DNA from: Octopus bimaculoides
Taxonomy: Eukaryota
DNA length: 64,000 nt
Assembly: GCF_001194135.2 (NCBI RefSeq)
Contig: NC_069001.1
Span: 3,638,735 to 3,702,734, forward strand
Direction of reading: 5' to 3'
The notes beneath the pieces were generated by a model that worked only from the letters and a program-made list of their open reading frames with translations, ran no database searches and had not been told where the DNA came from. A program made the translations under genes and the position numbers. This document shows, in pieces, positions 32,442 through 43,287 of the stretch; the stretch's first letter is position 1; each line of letters begins with the position of its first letter.

Positions 32442-35400
32442 CAGAGGGTATGATTCAGCAGGGTACTGCTTGATACAATAGGAAGCACTACATCAAGATA
32501 CCGAACTAAGCTAACCTTCAATACAATCTGTTGCAAACTTGAACATTTGCAATAGACCATGGGGGTACCTTCAACAAGTGTCTTTTGCAATAGCCTTAGG
32601 ACAACCAAAGCCTTATGAATGGATTTGGGAGACAGACACTAAAAGACTATCACTTGTATATTGTGTGTGTGTCTGCTTTCCTTGATATAGTTGTAAACAC
32701 TGGGCCTCACTAAGGAAATGGTTAGCTGTTGCTATGCCGATACACTCGACTTACCTATGCAAGCATGCAGATATAAAAGTGACGGTTCGACATACCTCAA
32801 GACGAGATAAAGCCATGTTAACCAAGTGCAATAACTTTCTGATGTGGTTTATTCTTTGTTGAGATTCATTCATCTGCTGGACGGGAATCTGCCCCAAATT
32901 GATATGAACATCAACAGCCGAACCATCAGCCTGAAAAAGACACAGATGGAGAAGCAACGTTAGAAAAACAAGGCAATGAATGAGCAAACCCCTAAATTTA
33001 GCAATTCTAACTTTTTATGTAGAAAAAGAATATATATATATATATATATATAAATATAGACAAAATCAAATTTTAAAATTGTAACTCTGGGAGCATTAAG
33101 CAGAAATCTGTAAAGTAATTTACCGATGCCCTCGTAGAGACTCTGGCATTCCTTCCGAGCTCGCCTATATTGTGAACAGCTTGTTGAACAATATTCTGGG
33201 AGGGATAAAATAGAAAAAAAGACAGGATTACTTTCTTCAAATATAATATATTTCATAGCAAAAACAATGGCTAATGGAAAATCTATTTTAATTAAGTTTT
33301 ATTAACTGATTCAGAGACATATCGATAATGTACATTTAATAAAAAGAATGGAAAATATCAAAAATATCCTTTAAATCCCTTAATTCATTGGTTTTTTCAA
33401 TGGTCATCTGAGTCTCTCATTTCCACCAACCATCTAAAATTAATTTCTTTTTTTTTTTTTTAACATGTTCAACTTNNNNNNNNNNTTTTTTTTTTTTTTT
33501 AACATGTTCAACTTTATTAAACAACATAACTTTTATTTCTAAATTTCAACTGAAAATTGAAGTTTTAAACATCTAATATTGTCAATCAGTCCTAGTACCT
33601 ACACACACACGAAGCAATTGTGCAATTCTTAGGGTGAAAATATTTCAGATAGAGTCTTCACACAAAGAGATTTAACACACTGAAGTTGGAGCAAAGCTAG
33701 AGATTATGACTCAATGAATATCAAATTCTAGCTGAACAAAGATCTTCTGGATGAAAATATAAAACTTAAAAACTGTGAAATCATTTTAAACACAGACAGA
33801 ATCTATTGTTTCTTTAGCATTTAAACCTGCCATATCCAGCCCATATTCTACTTGTTTCTTTGTTCAAACCAGCCACATCCAGCCTCTTACACCTACCCTA
33901 CACTGTCATTCTAAAAATAAAACCTTGACACTGAGACAATGCATGATTACTTTAACCCTCAGATTATCCTGTTAAATACGGTTGTTCATTCACATTGTTT
34001 TGAATTAATTGTAGATTATCTTATAGCTTTGAGATTTCGATGATGGGGTCGCTTACTTTTAGAAAGACATTGAAGGGTAGGTGTGAGAGACCTGATCTAG
34101 TTAGATTGAACATAGAACATGTAGAATATTAGGGCTTCATATGGCCGGTTTGAATGCTAAATAAGCATTACACCTGATAGAGTAATTTGAATGCTAATGA
34201 GTTTAAACTATAGGAAACTGGTTGGAGACAGGTAAAAAGTCTTACCTGAACCTGATTCGGATCCAGAATGTCTGATGGTAAAGTAAAAGAACTGACAACA
34301 AAACTGTTGACATCTCTCGGAGGAGGAGGTGGCGCTGAAGCGGTGGTTGAGTTGACACCACCATTATCTATAGGGCTGGTACTGTTAGGACGTGGTGGGG
34401 GTCTTTGCACAACATGTATCACTTTGCCATGAACATCTAAAAATTACATAAAGTGAAAAAAAAAAAAAAACGTTTTATATTAACAAGACATTATCATCAT
34501 AAATATCAGTATCATATAATTATCATTATCATATAATTATTCTAATTTCAGGACAGGGGTAGCAATTTTGAGGGGTTGGTACGCAAGTCGAATATATCGA
34601 CCCAGTACGTGACTGTACTTTATTTTATGAACCCCAAAAGGATGAAAGTTGATCTCAGCAATATTTGAACTCAGAATACCACCATGATCAACTTTGCCAT
34701 TCATCTTTTTGGAGTTGATAAAATAAGTACCAGCTGAATATTGGGGAGTGGGTCAATGTAATTGACTTACTACCTCCCCTAACATTGCAGGCCTTGAGCC
34801 AAAATTCAGAATTTTTATTATTATTATTATTATTGCTATTTGAAGAGGAAAAAACTTTCCAACAACTTACTAAAGTCTTTTAAAAGTTTTTCATCTTGAA
34901 GCACTCTGCCTTGGAAAATCAGCCTCTGTGTGTCTGCGGGAATTGACTAAAAAGAGAAAAACAAATATTTTATCAACAGTTTATAGTAACATTTTCAATA
35001 AAGACAGAAACTTTGCATAAGTCTGCACATTATTACTGGGTTGGATTAGCCTAGAATTGTTACAGCATCAGATAAAATGTCTTGTGGTATTCAGTTTCAG
35101 CTCTTTATACCCAGAGTTCAAATCCAACTGAAGTCAACTTTACCTTTCATCTTTAAAGGGCCAATAAAATTAAGTGCCATAAAGAAAAGAACACTGGGGT
35201 TGATGGCTTTGTGCCTAAATTAGAAACTATGACTACTAATAATAGGATAGTGGATTAGTAGAATCATTAGAGATTCAGACAAAATGCCTAATATTCATAG
35301 TATTAATACTGCTTCCATCTCTTTTGATTTTTTAATAAGCCCAGTGGCTGTTGGTGACACCAGTTCCTGATTAGGCATTGTGATTCTATGTATATCACTA

Positions 35401-36406
35401 GCACAGTGGTTGCTGCTATTTCCAGCAGCCAGGCATCGACCATTGACAAAGTAAAGGAAGGCCAAAATCACAATCTGGTAGTCCTAGAAGCAGCAATGGT
35501 GGTGATATCTCCAAAACTAGGAGATTCCCTCATGGTAACTATCACAGAATTTTGTATTCTAACACAACATTCATTTTTTTAAGTGGGGACATTACCTTTT
35601 GGTATTAATACAACTTCTGTCACTTGAATTATTTTTTGCCTGACATTTAGTTATAGCTCTTTACGTTTTCAAGTTCAAATCCTGGCCAGATCAACTTTAT
35701 TATTTTTTGGGGGGATCAGTATAATAAAGCACTAAAAGTATTGGGGTCAACATAATTGACTAGCCCTCGCTCCTCAAAACTGCTAACCTTGTGCCTATAA
35801 AAGAAAATTACTACTACTACTACCACTACTACAATCATCATCATCATCGGTATACCAAAATCCTAACTCCAATAATAGGTCCAAGACTGTATTAATGGTA
35901 GCCTGACACATAACACCAGTTGAAGCAATATTATTTCATCAATGCAGCAAGAACACAAAATAAAACAGAGCTAAAGAAAAAAAGTTCAGAGATTAACTCT
36001 TTGGATTACAATAAATGGCTTCTTTTCATTCATATATTTTAACTTAGAATAGCATTTAAAAAGAAACTTACTATACTACTGGCTATTGTTTCCTTAAATT
36101 GTCGAACAGTGGTCTGTAAAAAGCAGAAAAGACATGATTAAGAGGGGAAAGAGCTCGTTTCTTAATAATTGTGCATCATGGCAGTAAATAAAACAAAAAC
36201 TGAATAGAATCTATACAAAATAGGCCAAACAAAGGCAATTAATATTACTCTAGCATCATAATTACATATATATATATACACCTTTTTTTAATAAATCTAC
36301 TTTGATATGCATCATAAATTATTGTAGAAGAAAAGTAACTCACATCATCTGCAACACTATGGCTCTTAGTTTGACCATCAAGGGTCTTTACAGAAACATC
36401 AATCAT
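16341..36406 (-). CDS. BAG6: Large proline-rich protein BAG6 (BAT3/Scythe), 22 coding exons, about 1335 aa
   Basis: Minus-strand exons in transcript order: 36344-36406, 36072-36113, 34871-34946, 34246-34436, 33124-33195, 32796-32930, 32121-32266, 30527-30653, 29500-29703, 28186-28464, 26963-27143, 25593-26089, 25144-25240, 24641-24882, 23862-24210, 22550-22773, 21473-21575, 20847-20974, 20083-20349, 18304-18510, 17326-17433, 16341-16610. All GT-AG and phase-consistent, 4008 nt. N-terminal UBL domain ([12 protein letters not shown]...[14 protein letters not shown]), [33 protein letters not shown]...[14 protein letters not shown] (NLS) and a C-terminal BAG-similar domain ([11 protein letters not shown]) all match BAG6 as recalled. 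Confidence 0.95.
16890..17185. repeat. (TA)n-based compound microsatellite in the last BAG6 intron
   Basis: Directly visible; source of the spurious YI-repeat ORFs. Confidence 0.95.
22095..22322. mobile_element. piggyBac-type MITE, second full copy (BAG6 intron)
   Basis: TTAA|CCTTTCAGCATT ... TACTAAAAGG|TTAA, with an internal sequence similar to the 11790 copy (agaatgacattgtagggtaggtgt core). Confidence 0.7.
25290..25540. repeat. Degenerate purine-rich tandem repeat of about 30 bp
   Basis: Recurring (t/c)acaagatgtaatgatcaaagga(agaa) units in BAG6 intron 12. Confidence 0.6.
27900..28100 (+). mobile_element. RTE-type LINE 3' fragment
   Basis: Encodes [11 protein letters not shown], a typical RTE C-terminal motif; degraded. 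Confidence 0.55.
28620..29100 (-). mobile_element. RTE (BovB-like) LINE fragment
   Basis: The minus strand encodes [22 protein letters not shown]...KLASYSHV...[13 protein letters not shown], an RTE ORF C-terminal region with stops. Confidence 0.7.
30930..31060. repeat. Degenerate tandem repeat of about 28 bp
   Basis: Recurring tgtagttttgatataattgttaaata-like units. Confidence 0.55.
33812..34160. mobile_element. Two inverted copies of the piggyBac-type MITE
   Basis: About 105 bp at 33812-33918 is roughly 75% reverse-complementary (by eye) to 34057-34160. Confidence 0.65.
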
Positions 36407-38357
36407 CTTGGATGGTGATATCTGTTGTAGGCTATCCAATTATCTACAAAGAAATATACAGCAATTTAACATACAAACATATCTTAAAATAACTTTTATT
36501 TAAAAATATAGACATGTGATAATAATTATGACAATGAAATAAGACTCTGACTTGTCAAATCTTGGATATTGGTCAGGGGTGGGGACCTTTATAATACAAA
36601 TGTTTTCTAACTAAAAATCTGAAAGAAAAAAAATCTATTAACTGACCTGCAATTCCATCAAATGTAAACAATTTTATGATTGAAAAGTTTTGTACATCAG
36701 TTACAAAGTACAAACTGTTATTGTTATTGTTATTATTATTATTATTATTAGTATTACTAAGGTGATGAGCTGGCAGACTCATAAGCATGCTGGACAAAAT
36801 GCTTAGCAACATATCTTCCAGCTTTACATTCTGGGTTCAAATTCTGCCATGGTTGACTTTACCTTTCATCCTTTCAGGGTTGACAAAATAAGTACCAGTA
36901 GGACACTGAGGTTGATATCAACTACACCCAGCCCCAAAATTTCAGGCTATGTGCCTATAGAAGAGAGAATTACAACTGCTGCTGCTGCTGCTGCTGCTAC
37001 TACTGCAAGGCTGTAGATTGGTAGGCTCATTAGAGCATGAGATAAAATGTATTAGTTCCGGCTCTTAACATCCCAATTTCAAATTTGCCTTTCATCCTTT
37101 TGGGGGTCAATAAAATAAATACCAATTGAGCACCGGTGTCAATATAATCAACTTACTCTCTTCCCTCAAAACAACTGGACTTGTGCTAAAATTAGAAGCA
37201 AGAGCAGATGCTGCAAAGCACAGTGTCCAACACTTAACAGCTCTGCCAATTAATATTTCTGTCACCCTCTGAAAGAATGAAACTCAAATCAGCAAGGTTT
37301 AAGATTTTCATTTTATTCTGGTATGATTTTTATTTTACAGCATTTTTTTAAAGCCCTGTAACTGTCTCGAGTCCAAGGACTGATAGGCCAGTTTACCCAG
37401 TTTCAATGGCATATAACTGGCTGCAGTCACAACATCCCCCTTCAATGGGACACCAGCCCTTCACGGCATAACTCATTTACAGCTGAGTGGACTGCAGCAA
37501 CATGAAGTGTTTTTTGCTCAATTAAATCAATCCCAGTACTTATTTTATCATTCCCTTTCTGATGAACCAGCAAGTTACAGGGACATAAACAAACCTACAC
37601 TAGAAGCCAAGCAGTGAAACAAAAACACATATACACAACAGGCTTCTGTACAGTTTCCATCTACCAAATTTATTCAGAAGTTATTTACAATCCTGGGGCT
37701 ATAATAGAAAACACTTGCCCAAGATGCCATGCAGTGGGACTGCACCGGAAATCTCATGGCCATGAAACAATCTTCTTAACCACACAACTATGTCTTCATG
37801 TACTCTCATTCATATGTATGTGGGTTAGTTTTTAAATATTTTTACAAGTTGCAAAAGAAAAATAGTTAAGCCTGGCAATTTAAAAAAAAAAACATTTGTG
37901 GTTTATGACTCACAGATTTTATCACCATGATAATCTATTATTCCCGCACCTTTATCAGGTGAATCACATATTTTAGTTGAAAATAATCAAACTTAACTTT
38001 ACTACTACTACTACACCATTCTACAGTCAATCCTCTTATTTTTTCATTATTCTTTAATTTATTTTGCTTTTCTTTTGTAATGACAAAACACTGCAACTAA
38101 TTAAGCAAAAATGATTGGAATTTCAAAATAAAAAGACGTAAATATGCCATTCAGTACTGTTCCAAATAATTATCAAAGCTATTTATAAATGATAAATTAT
38201 GCTTAATACAGCCATTTTCAAAATACATTATATTAAAAATGGCCAATACAAATTAGACAAAAGTACTTATTTCGAAGACAATATTCTTCCCAAGCATTAA
38301 ACCAATACACTTGCTTGTTGTTCCTACACCTGTCGTCTTTTGTTTTCTGTAAATTTG

Positions 38358-38410
<53 letters not shown>

Positions 38411-39341
38411 TATATATATAAATAAAAGAACACAAATGAGGTTTCAAATTCACTTCTTTTATATCTAACACCACACCTGGAACCAACTCCAAATCAGACC
38501 TACAGTTTATATTGAATTTGGTGTATGTATGTGTGTCTATTATTGTTTNNNNNNNNNNNNNNNNNNNNNNNNNNNNNNNNNNNNNNNNNNNNNNNNNNNN
38601 NNNNNNNNNNNNNNNNNNNNNNNNNNNNNNNNNNNNNNNNNNNNNNNNNNNNNNNNNNNNNNNNNNNNNNNNNNNNNNNNNNNNNNNNNNNNNNNNNNNN
38701 NNNNNNNNNNNNNNNNNNNNNNNNNNNNNNNNNNNNNNNNNNNNNNNNNNNNNNNNNNNNNNNNNNNNNNNNNNNNNNNNNNNNNNNNNNNNNNNNNNNN
38801 NNNNNNNNNNNNNNNNNNNNNNNNNNNNNNNNNNNNNNNNNNNNNNNNNNNNNNNNNNNNNNNNNNNNNNNNNNNNNNNNNNNNNNNNNNNNNNNNNNNN
38901 NNNNNNNNNNNNNNNNNNNNNNNNNNNNNNNNNNNNNNNNNNNNNNNNNNNNNNNNNNNNNNNNNNNNNNNNNNNNNNNNNNNNNNNNNNNNNNNNNNNN
39001 NNNNNNNNNNNNNNNNNNNNNNNNNNNNNNNNNNNNNNNNNNNNNNNNNNNNNNNNNNNNNNNNNNNNNNNNNNNNNNNNNNNNNNNNNNNNNNNNNNNN
39101 NNNNNNNNNNNNNNNNNNNNNNNNNNNNNNNNNNNNNNNNNNNNNNNNNNNNNNNNNNNNNNNNNNNNNNNNNNNNNNNNNNNNNNNNNNNNNNNNNNNN
39201 NNNNNNNNNNNNNNNNNNNNNNNNNNNNNNNNNNNNNNNNNNNNNNNNNNNNNNNNNNNNNNNNNNNNNNNNNNNNNNNNNNNNNNNNNNNNNNNNNNNN
39301 NNNNNNNNNNNNNNNNNNNNNNNNNNNNNNNNNNNNNNNNN

Positions 39342-39562
39342 GGCATGGTGCAGAGTCCTGTTGCTAGACATAGGGCCTTCCAGCAGCCACCCTTTTGACC
39401 CAGGGCAGCACTACCTCCTCCAGGCACTTGATGTTAGGCCTCCGTGTTGAGTCTGAGGCCGTGTGGGAAGATGAATGGAGGTATAACGTTGCCATCACTA
39501 GTGATCACTCCAAACACCATGATGTTGACTGAATGTTTGATTTTTATCACTCTCGGTACATG
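39342..39562 (-). pseudogene. Tc1/mariner-family transposase fragment
   Basis: HVPRVIKIKHSVNIMVFGVITSDGNVIPPFIFPHGLRLNTEA(frameshift)IKCLEEVVLPWVKRVAAGRPYV*QQDSAPC contains the QQDSAP motif with the second catalytic Asp; one 1-nt insertion and one TAG; truncated by the N gap. Confidence 0.85.
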
Positions 39563-39599
39563 TCTTCAGATTGACACCCAAACTCCCTGAAATGTTCGT

Positions 39600-39790
39600 A
39601 TTGGAGCTTCCGGCGCGAATGCCAAGCAGTACAGCATGTTGTTTCTAAATTTCTGGCAGAGGGAATTGCATCATGGTGCTGTTTTTCTAACAGACGGTGC
39701 CCAAGTAACCCTACTATACTATGTAGTCGACAAAATAAATAAAAAACAATGCGCATACGCGAAATAAAAAATATAAAATGGCGACAATTT
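39600..39790. promoter_or_regulatory. CpG-rich promoter-like segment, candidate BAG6 promoter
   Basis: ETS-type CTTCCGG 39607-39613, NRF1-like TGCGCATACGCG 39750-39761 and YY1-type AAAATGGCG 39775-39783, about 3.2 kb upstream of the BAG6 start exon, whose acceptor (36444) requires an upstream exon. Confidence 0.45.
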
Positions 39791-42269
39791 ATTCATAGCA
39801 CCCTGTACAGCGAATGGCTATGGAGTAAAGAGGATCCAAAGGCAAAAAATGGTTGCGAACCACTAAGCTGGAGCGTGCCACTCGAAACAGCGCTTAAGTT
39901 TGTCTCACCACCACCATCCAGGTTCCCATACTTATAAAGGTGATGAAAAATAAGAGAATGGAAGATGAAAATGATTTGGAATCAAACTACAACACACTTT
40001 CCTCGTGTGTGTGGATGTAGCCAAAGAGGTAGCCTCTCTGTGGTCATTCAAGTTCCTAGAAATATCAACCAAATCTCTCTTAAATTACACCCTACCATTC
40101 TGAAAAGAGAAAGGCACATCGGATAATAAATTACTGGAGAAGAAATTCAAGAAAGGCGGAAATATCGTCTGTGGTCAATGTTGTCCTAGCTAGATGTGGA
40201 TAGTCGGTGATGGTCGACTTGCTAGCAAATATAATTGCTGATGGTTCAGGTCCTACCACCTACCACTGTCGTCCATCACGTACACAACAGAAAAGAATTT
40301 TACATTCAGCTCGATAAATCACACTCTCTCATATATATATGTGATGAGATAGAGCAGCAATAACAGATACGAGAAGAGGTCAAGCGCTCTGCAAGGAGCA
40401 GACGACCACCATATCGCTCGATACAGAAGCATCGTGGCGCGCGCACGCACGCAATTATAAATTGTACACACACACACACACAAACAAGGCATGGGCAACT
40501 TTATTCGAGAAGCGGGCCACACAAGCGTGCCATTCAGAAAGTCCCACGGGCCGCAGGTTGTCTATGACTCATACACACACACGTATATCCCTAGCATGGC
40601 TGCAGCCTTTGGCTAAGACCAGCAAAAAATATATATAGAAACACACGTACGCGCGCACATACAAATAAACACAGATCGTAAATTCCACATAACCAAAATG
40701 GCTATTCGCTTTAACTAGTATTTAATAAGATTCGCAGCAAGGAAGAGGAAGGAGTTGGTGAAACTAACAAATCGTTCAATTTGAACGAAGTTTTATGATT
40801 AGATATGTTTCAATATAAACGATAGAATTCGCTGAGAGTTAAATGTGAAGATAATTTACGCGAATAAGACCAGAGCTAAAAAAAAAAATGTAGCAGGGTG
40901 AGATCGTACGCAAAACAGCCATAACAAGGCATCGTTTGTTTTATTTAAAAAATGTACTAAAAGGAGAATTTGGACATTATGTGTATGTATGATGTATAAA
41001 AACGACACAAAGAGAAGCATTCTACATATATAAAGGCTTGACTAAAGTAACAGACATACACAAACGTTTCTCTGTCATACATCCAAACGTTTGCGAGAGA
41101 GAGTGCGCGTATCCTTGTCGGATGCATAAAAAAAAACTGAAGCGAGCTAACATGGAAGAGTGTAAGTGTAAGCGGTGGCTTTGAGGAGCTAGAAATAGCA
41201 GCCGGATATCCCGCAAATCACATAATACCACATTGAAAATGGTGGGACAGAATCGTTACTGTGGATGGATTGCCTTGGAACAAAGGAGAGACAGATAGGG
41301 GAGATATAGTACAGTAAATGAAGAGCTTCGAATAAATGAACAGACAAACAATGTGTGTGTGTGCGTAAATATTACTGTAGCAATTTCTCTGCACCAGGAT
41401 GAGCAAAGAAAGCATTTTAAAGCATAAATGGGGTATAAAATATGAAAAATCTTACTTATATACTAAACAAGTATGTGAGATGAGTGAATGAAGATGCAGA
41501 AAAATGGTGTTTGAAATGTGAATGCAGTGGCCAGTGGATGGGTTTTTATTAACATCTTGGAATATGGTCTTGGAATGTAGACTTGTTGGGTTAAAACGGG
41601 CTTAGACAGTGAGAGATGGTAGAAACTAGAAAACGTGAAAAGGACGAGAAAAACACTAACACACGCATAGATATGTTTGTTTTTATGTGAAGCTATATAT
41701 AAAAACAATTCAACATGAAACTGAAGGAGTATTGTTTAAAACATTTTAGTAAAATACATATAAATTTTTATAAGGAAATGGTTGACAGTGACCTCGAAGT
41801 TTCGGCCCACCAGCCGTCGTCGGATTGTGTATGTGCGTATGCACACACGTAATGTTTATAGTATAAACATAGAGAAATCCATAGGCTCATATATCTGATA
41901 ACGTTTGTTAAGCGTTTAAAAGAGCCAATATGAAGAATACGTAACGTAAATCGAAATGATAAAACGTGGTACCAAAGACCATTTGGTGTCGATGTAAAGC
42001 TACAATAAGTGAGGTATAATTGTGCTAGTATTTGACAGAAAAGTAGAGAACTCAGTGGTACAAAGGTTTATGTTAAAATTGACTCTGGTACCACTAGTTC
42101 ACTCCCTGCCCAGGCATTATTTTTACTCGTACACAGAAATATGGTGGTTGAATAAGCCATATCCGTGTCTAAAGTATTTGTGAGAGGAGGTGGAACTCTG
42201 CTACTAAGTCCTCTTCTGCAAATCAGAAAAGAAATCGACAGGAATTCCATACAATGAGGAGAGCTATTC

Positions 42270-42420
42270 TGATGGCATAGCAGCCAGAGTTAGGAACTGG
42301 AAAGCAATCATGGAGCTACAACATCTGCTCGCAACAAAGGGTTCCTCCTTCAGAGCAAGGCATAGCTTTTATGATGCATATGCATGAAGTGCAATACTGC
42401 ACGTTATTCAGATGTGGTTC
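42270..42420 (+). mobile_element. RTE-type LINE fragment
   Basis: Reads IAARVRNWKAIMELQHLLATKGSSFRARHSFYDAY, matching the RTE 'ARVR.GW..F.EL..LL..KG.SL..KGRLYDACV' segment. Confidence 0.6.
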
Positions 42421-43252
42421 TTAAATGCAGAGAATTTGCAAAGACTCACGAGCATGGCTGTGTGGCTAAAAAGCTTATTTTGCAAACATGTGATTTTGGG
42501 TTCAGTCCCACTGCATGACACCTTGGGCAAGAATTTTCTATAATAGCCTTGGGCCAGTCAATGCCTTGTGAGCAAATCTGGTAGATGGAAACTATGTGGA
42601 AGCCCACTGTCTATATATGTCTGTGTTTTTGTGTTTGCCCGCCCATCAGCGCTTGACAACTGATATTGGTTTGTACTCATGCTCTCTCTGCCCCCCCCCC
42701 CATACACCTCACTCATATTGNNNNNNNNNNCATGCTCTCTCTGCCCCCCCCCCCATACACCTCACTCATATTGCCTTGTCTCAGGTTGTATAAACTCTTT
42801 GCTATTAGTGTACAAGGTAACCACTCTCAAGTTGGTGCCACAAAATGCACTTACTATACTCTGTAAAGTGGTTGCCAAATTTGTGGAAAATAAGAAAGGG
42901 TCAAGAGGACCCCTTAATCTTGCCTAGAGCACGATAAAACCTCCAGTATAAGGGTCATGATAAAATGCACCCAGTACATACTTAAAATGGTTAGTGATAA
43001 GAAGAGCATCCTGCCAATTAAACATGAGTAAAACGTGATCCTCCAGCCCGTCTATGAGGACAGTGGATCCCAAATATATATGAGTACCCATCCAACTCAT
43101 GTCAATATGGAATGCAAACATAAAATGAGAATGTGTGTGTGCATGTGTATATACACCCCACACAAGTGAATAGACGAAAGAGAGTAGTACTCAACATATT
43201 TGATAGGAGTTGTATATATTTTTAGATAAAATTATGTGGAGCTGAGTCAAAC

Positions 43253-43287
<35 letters not shown>

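Noticed and set aside
33445-33515. Short direct duplications around 10-N gaps (also about 42680-42772 and 56220-56292)
   Set aside because: Contig-end overlaps left by the assembler, not biological repeats.
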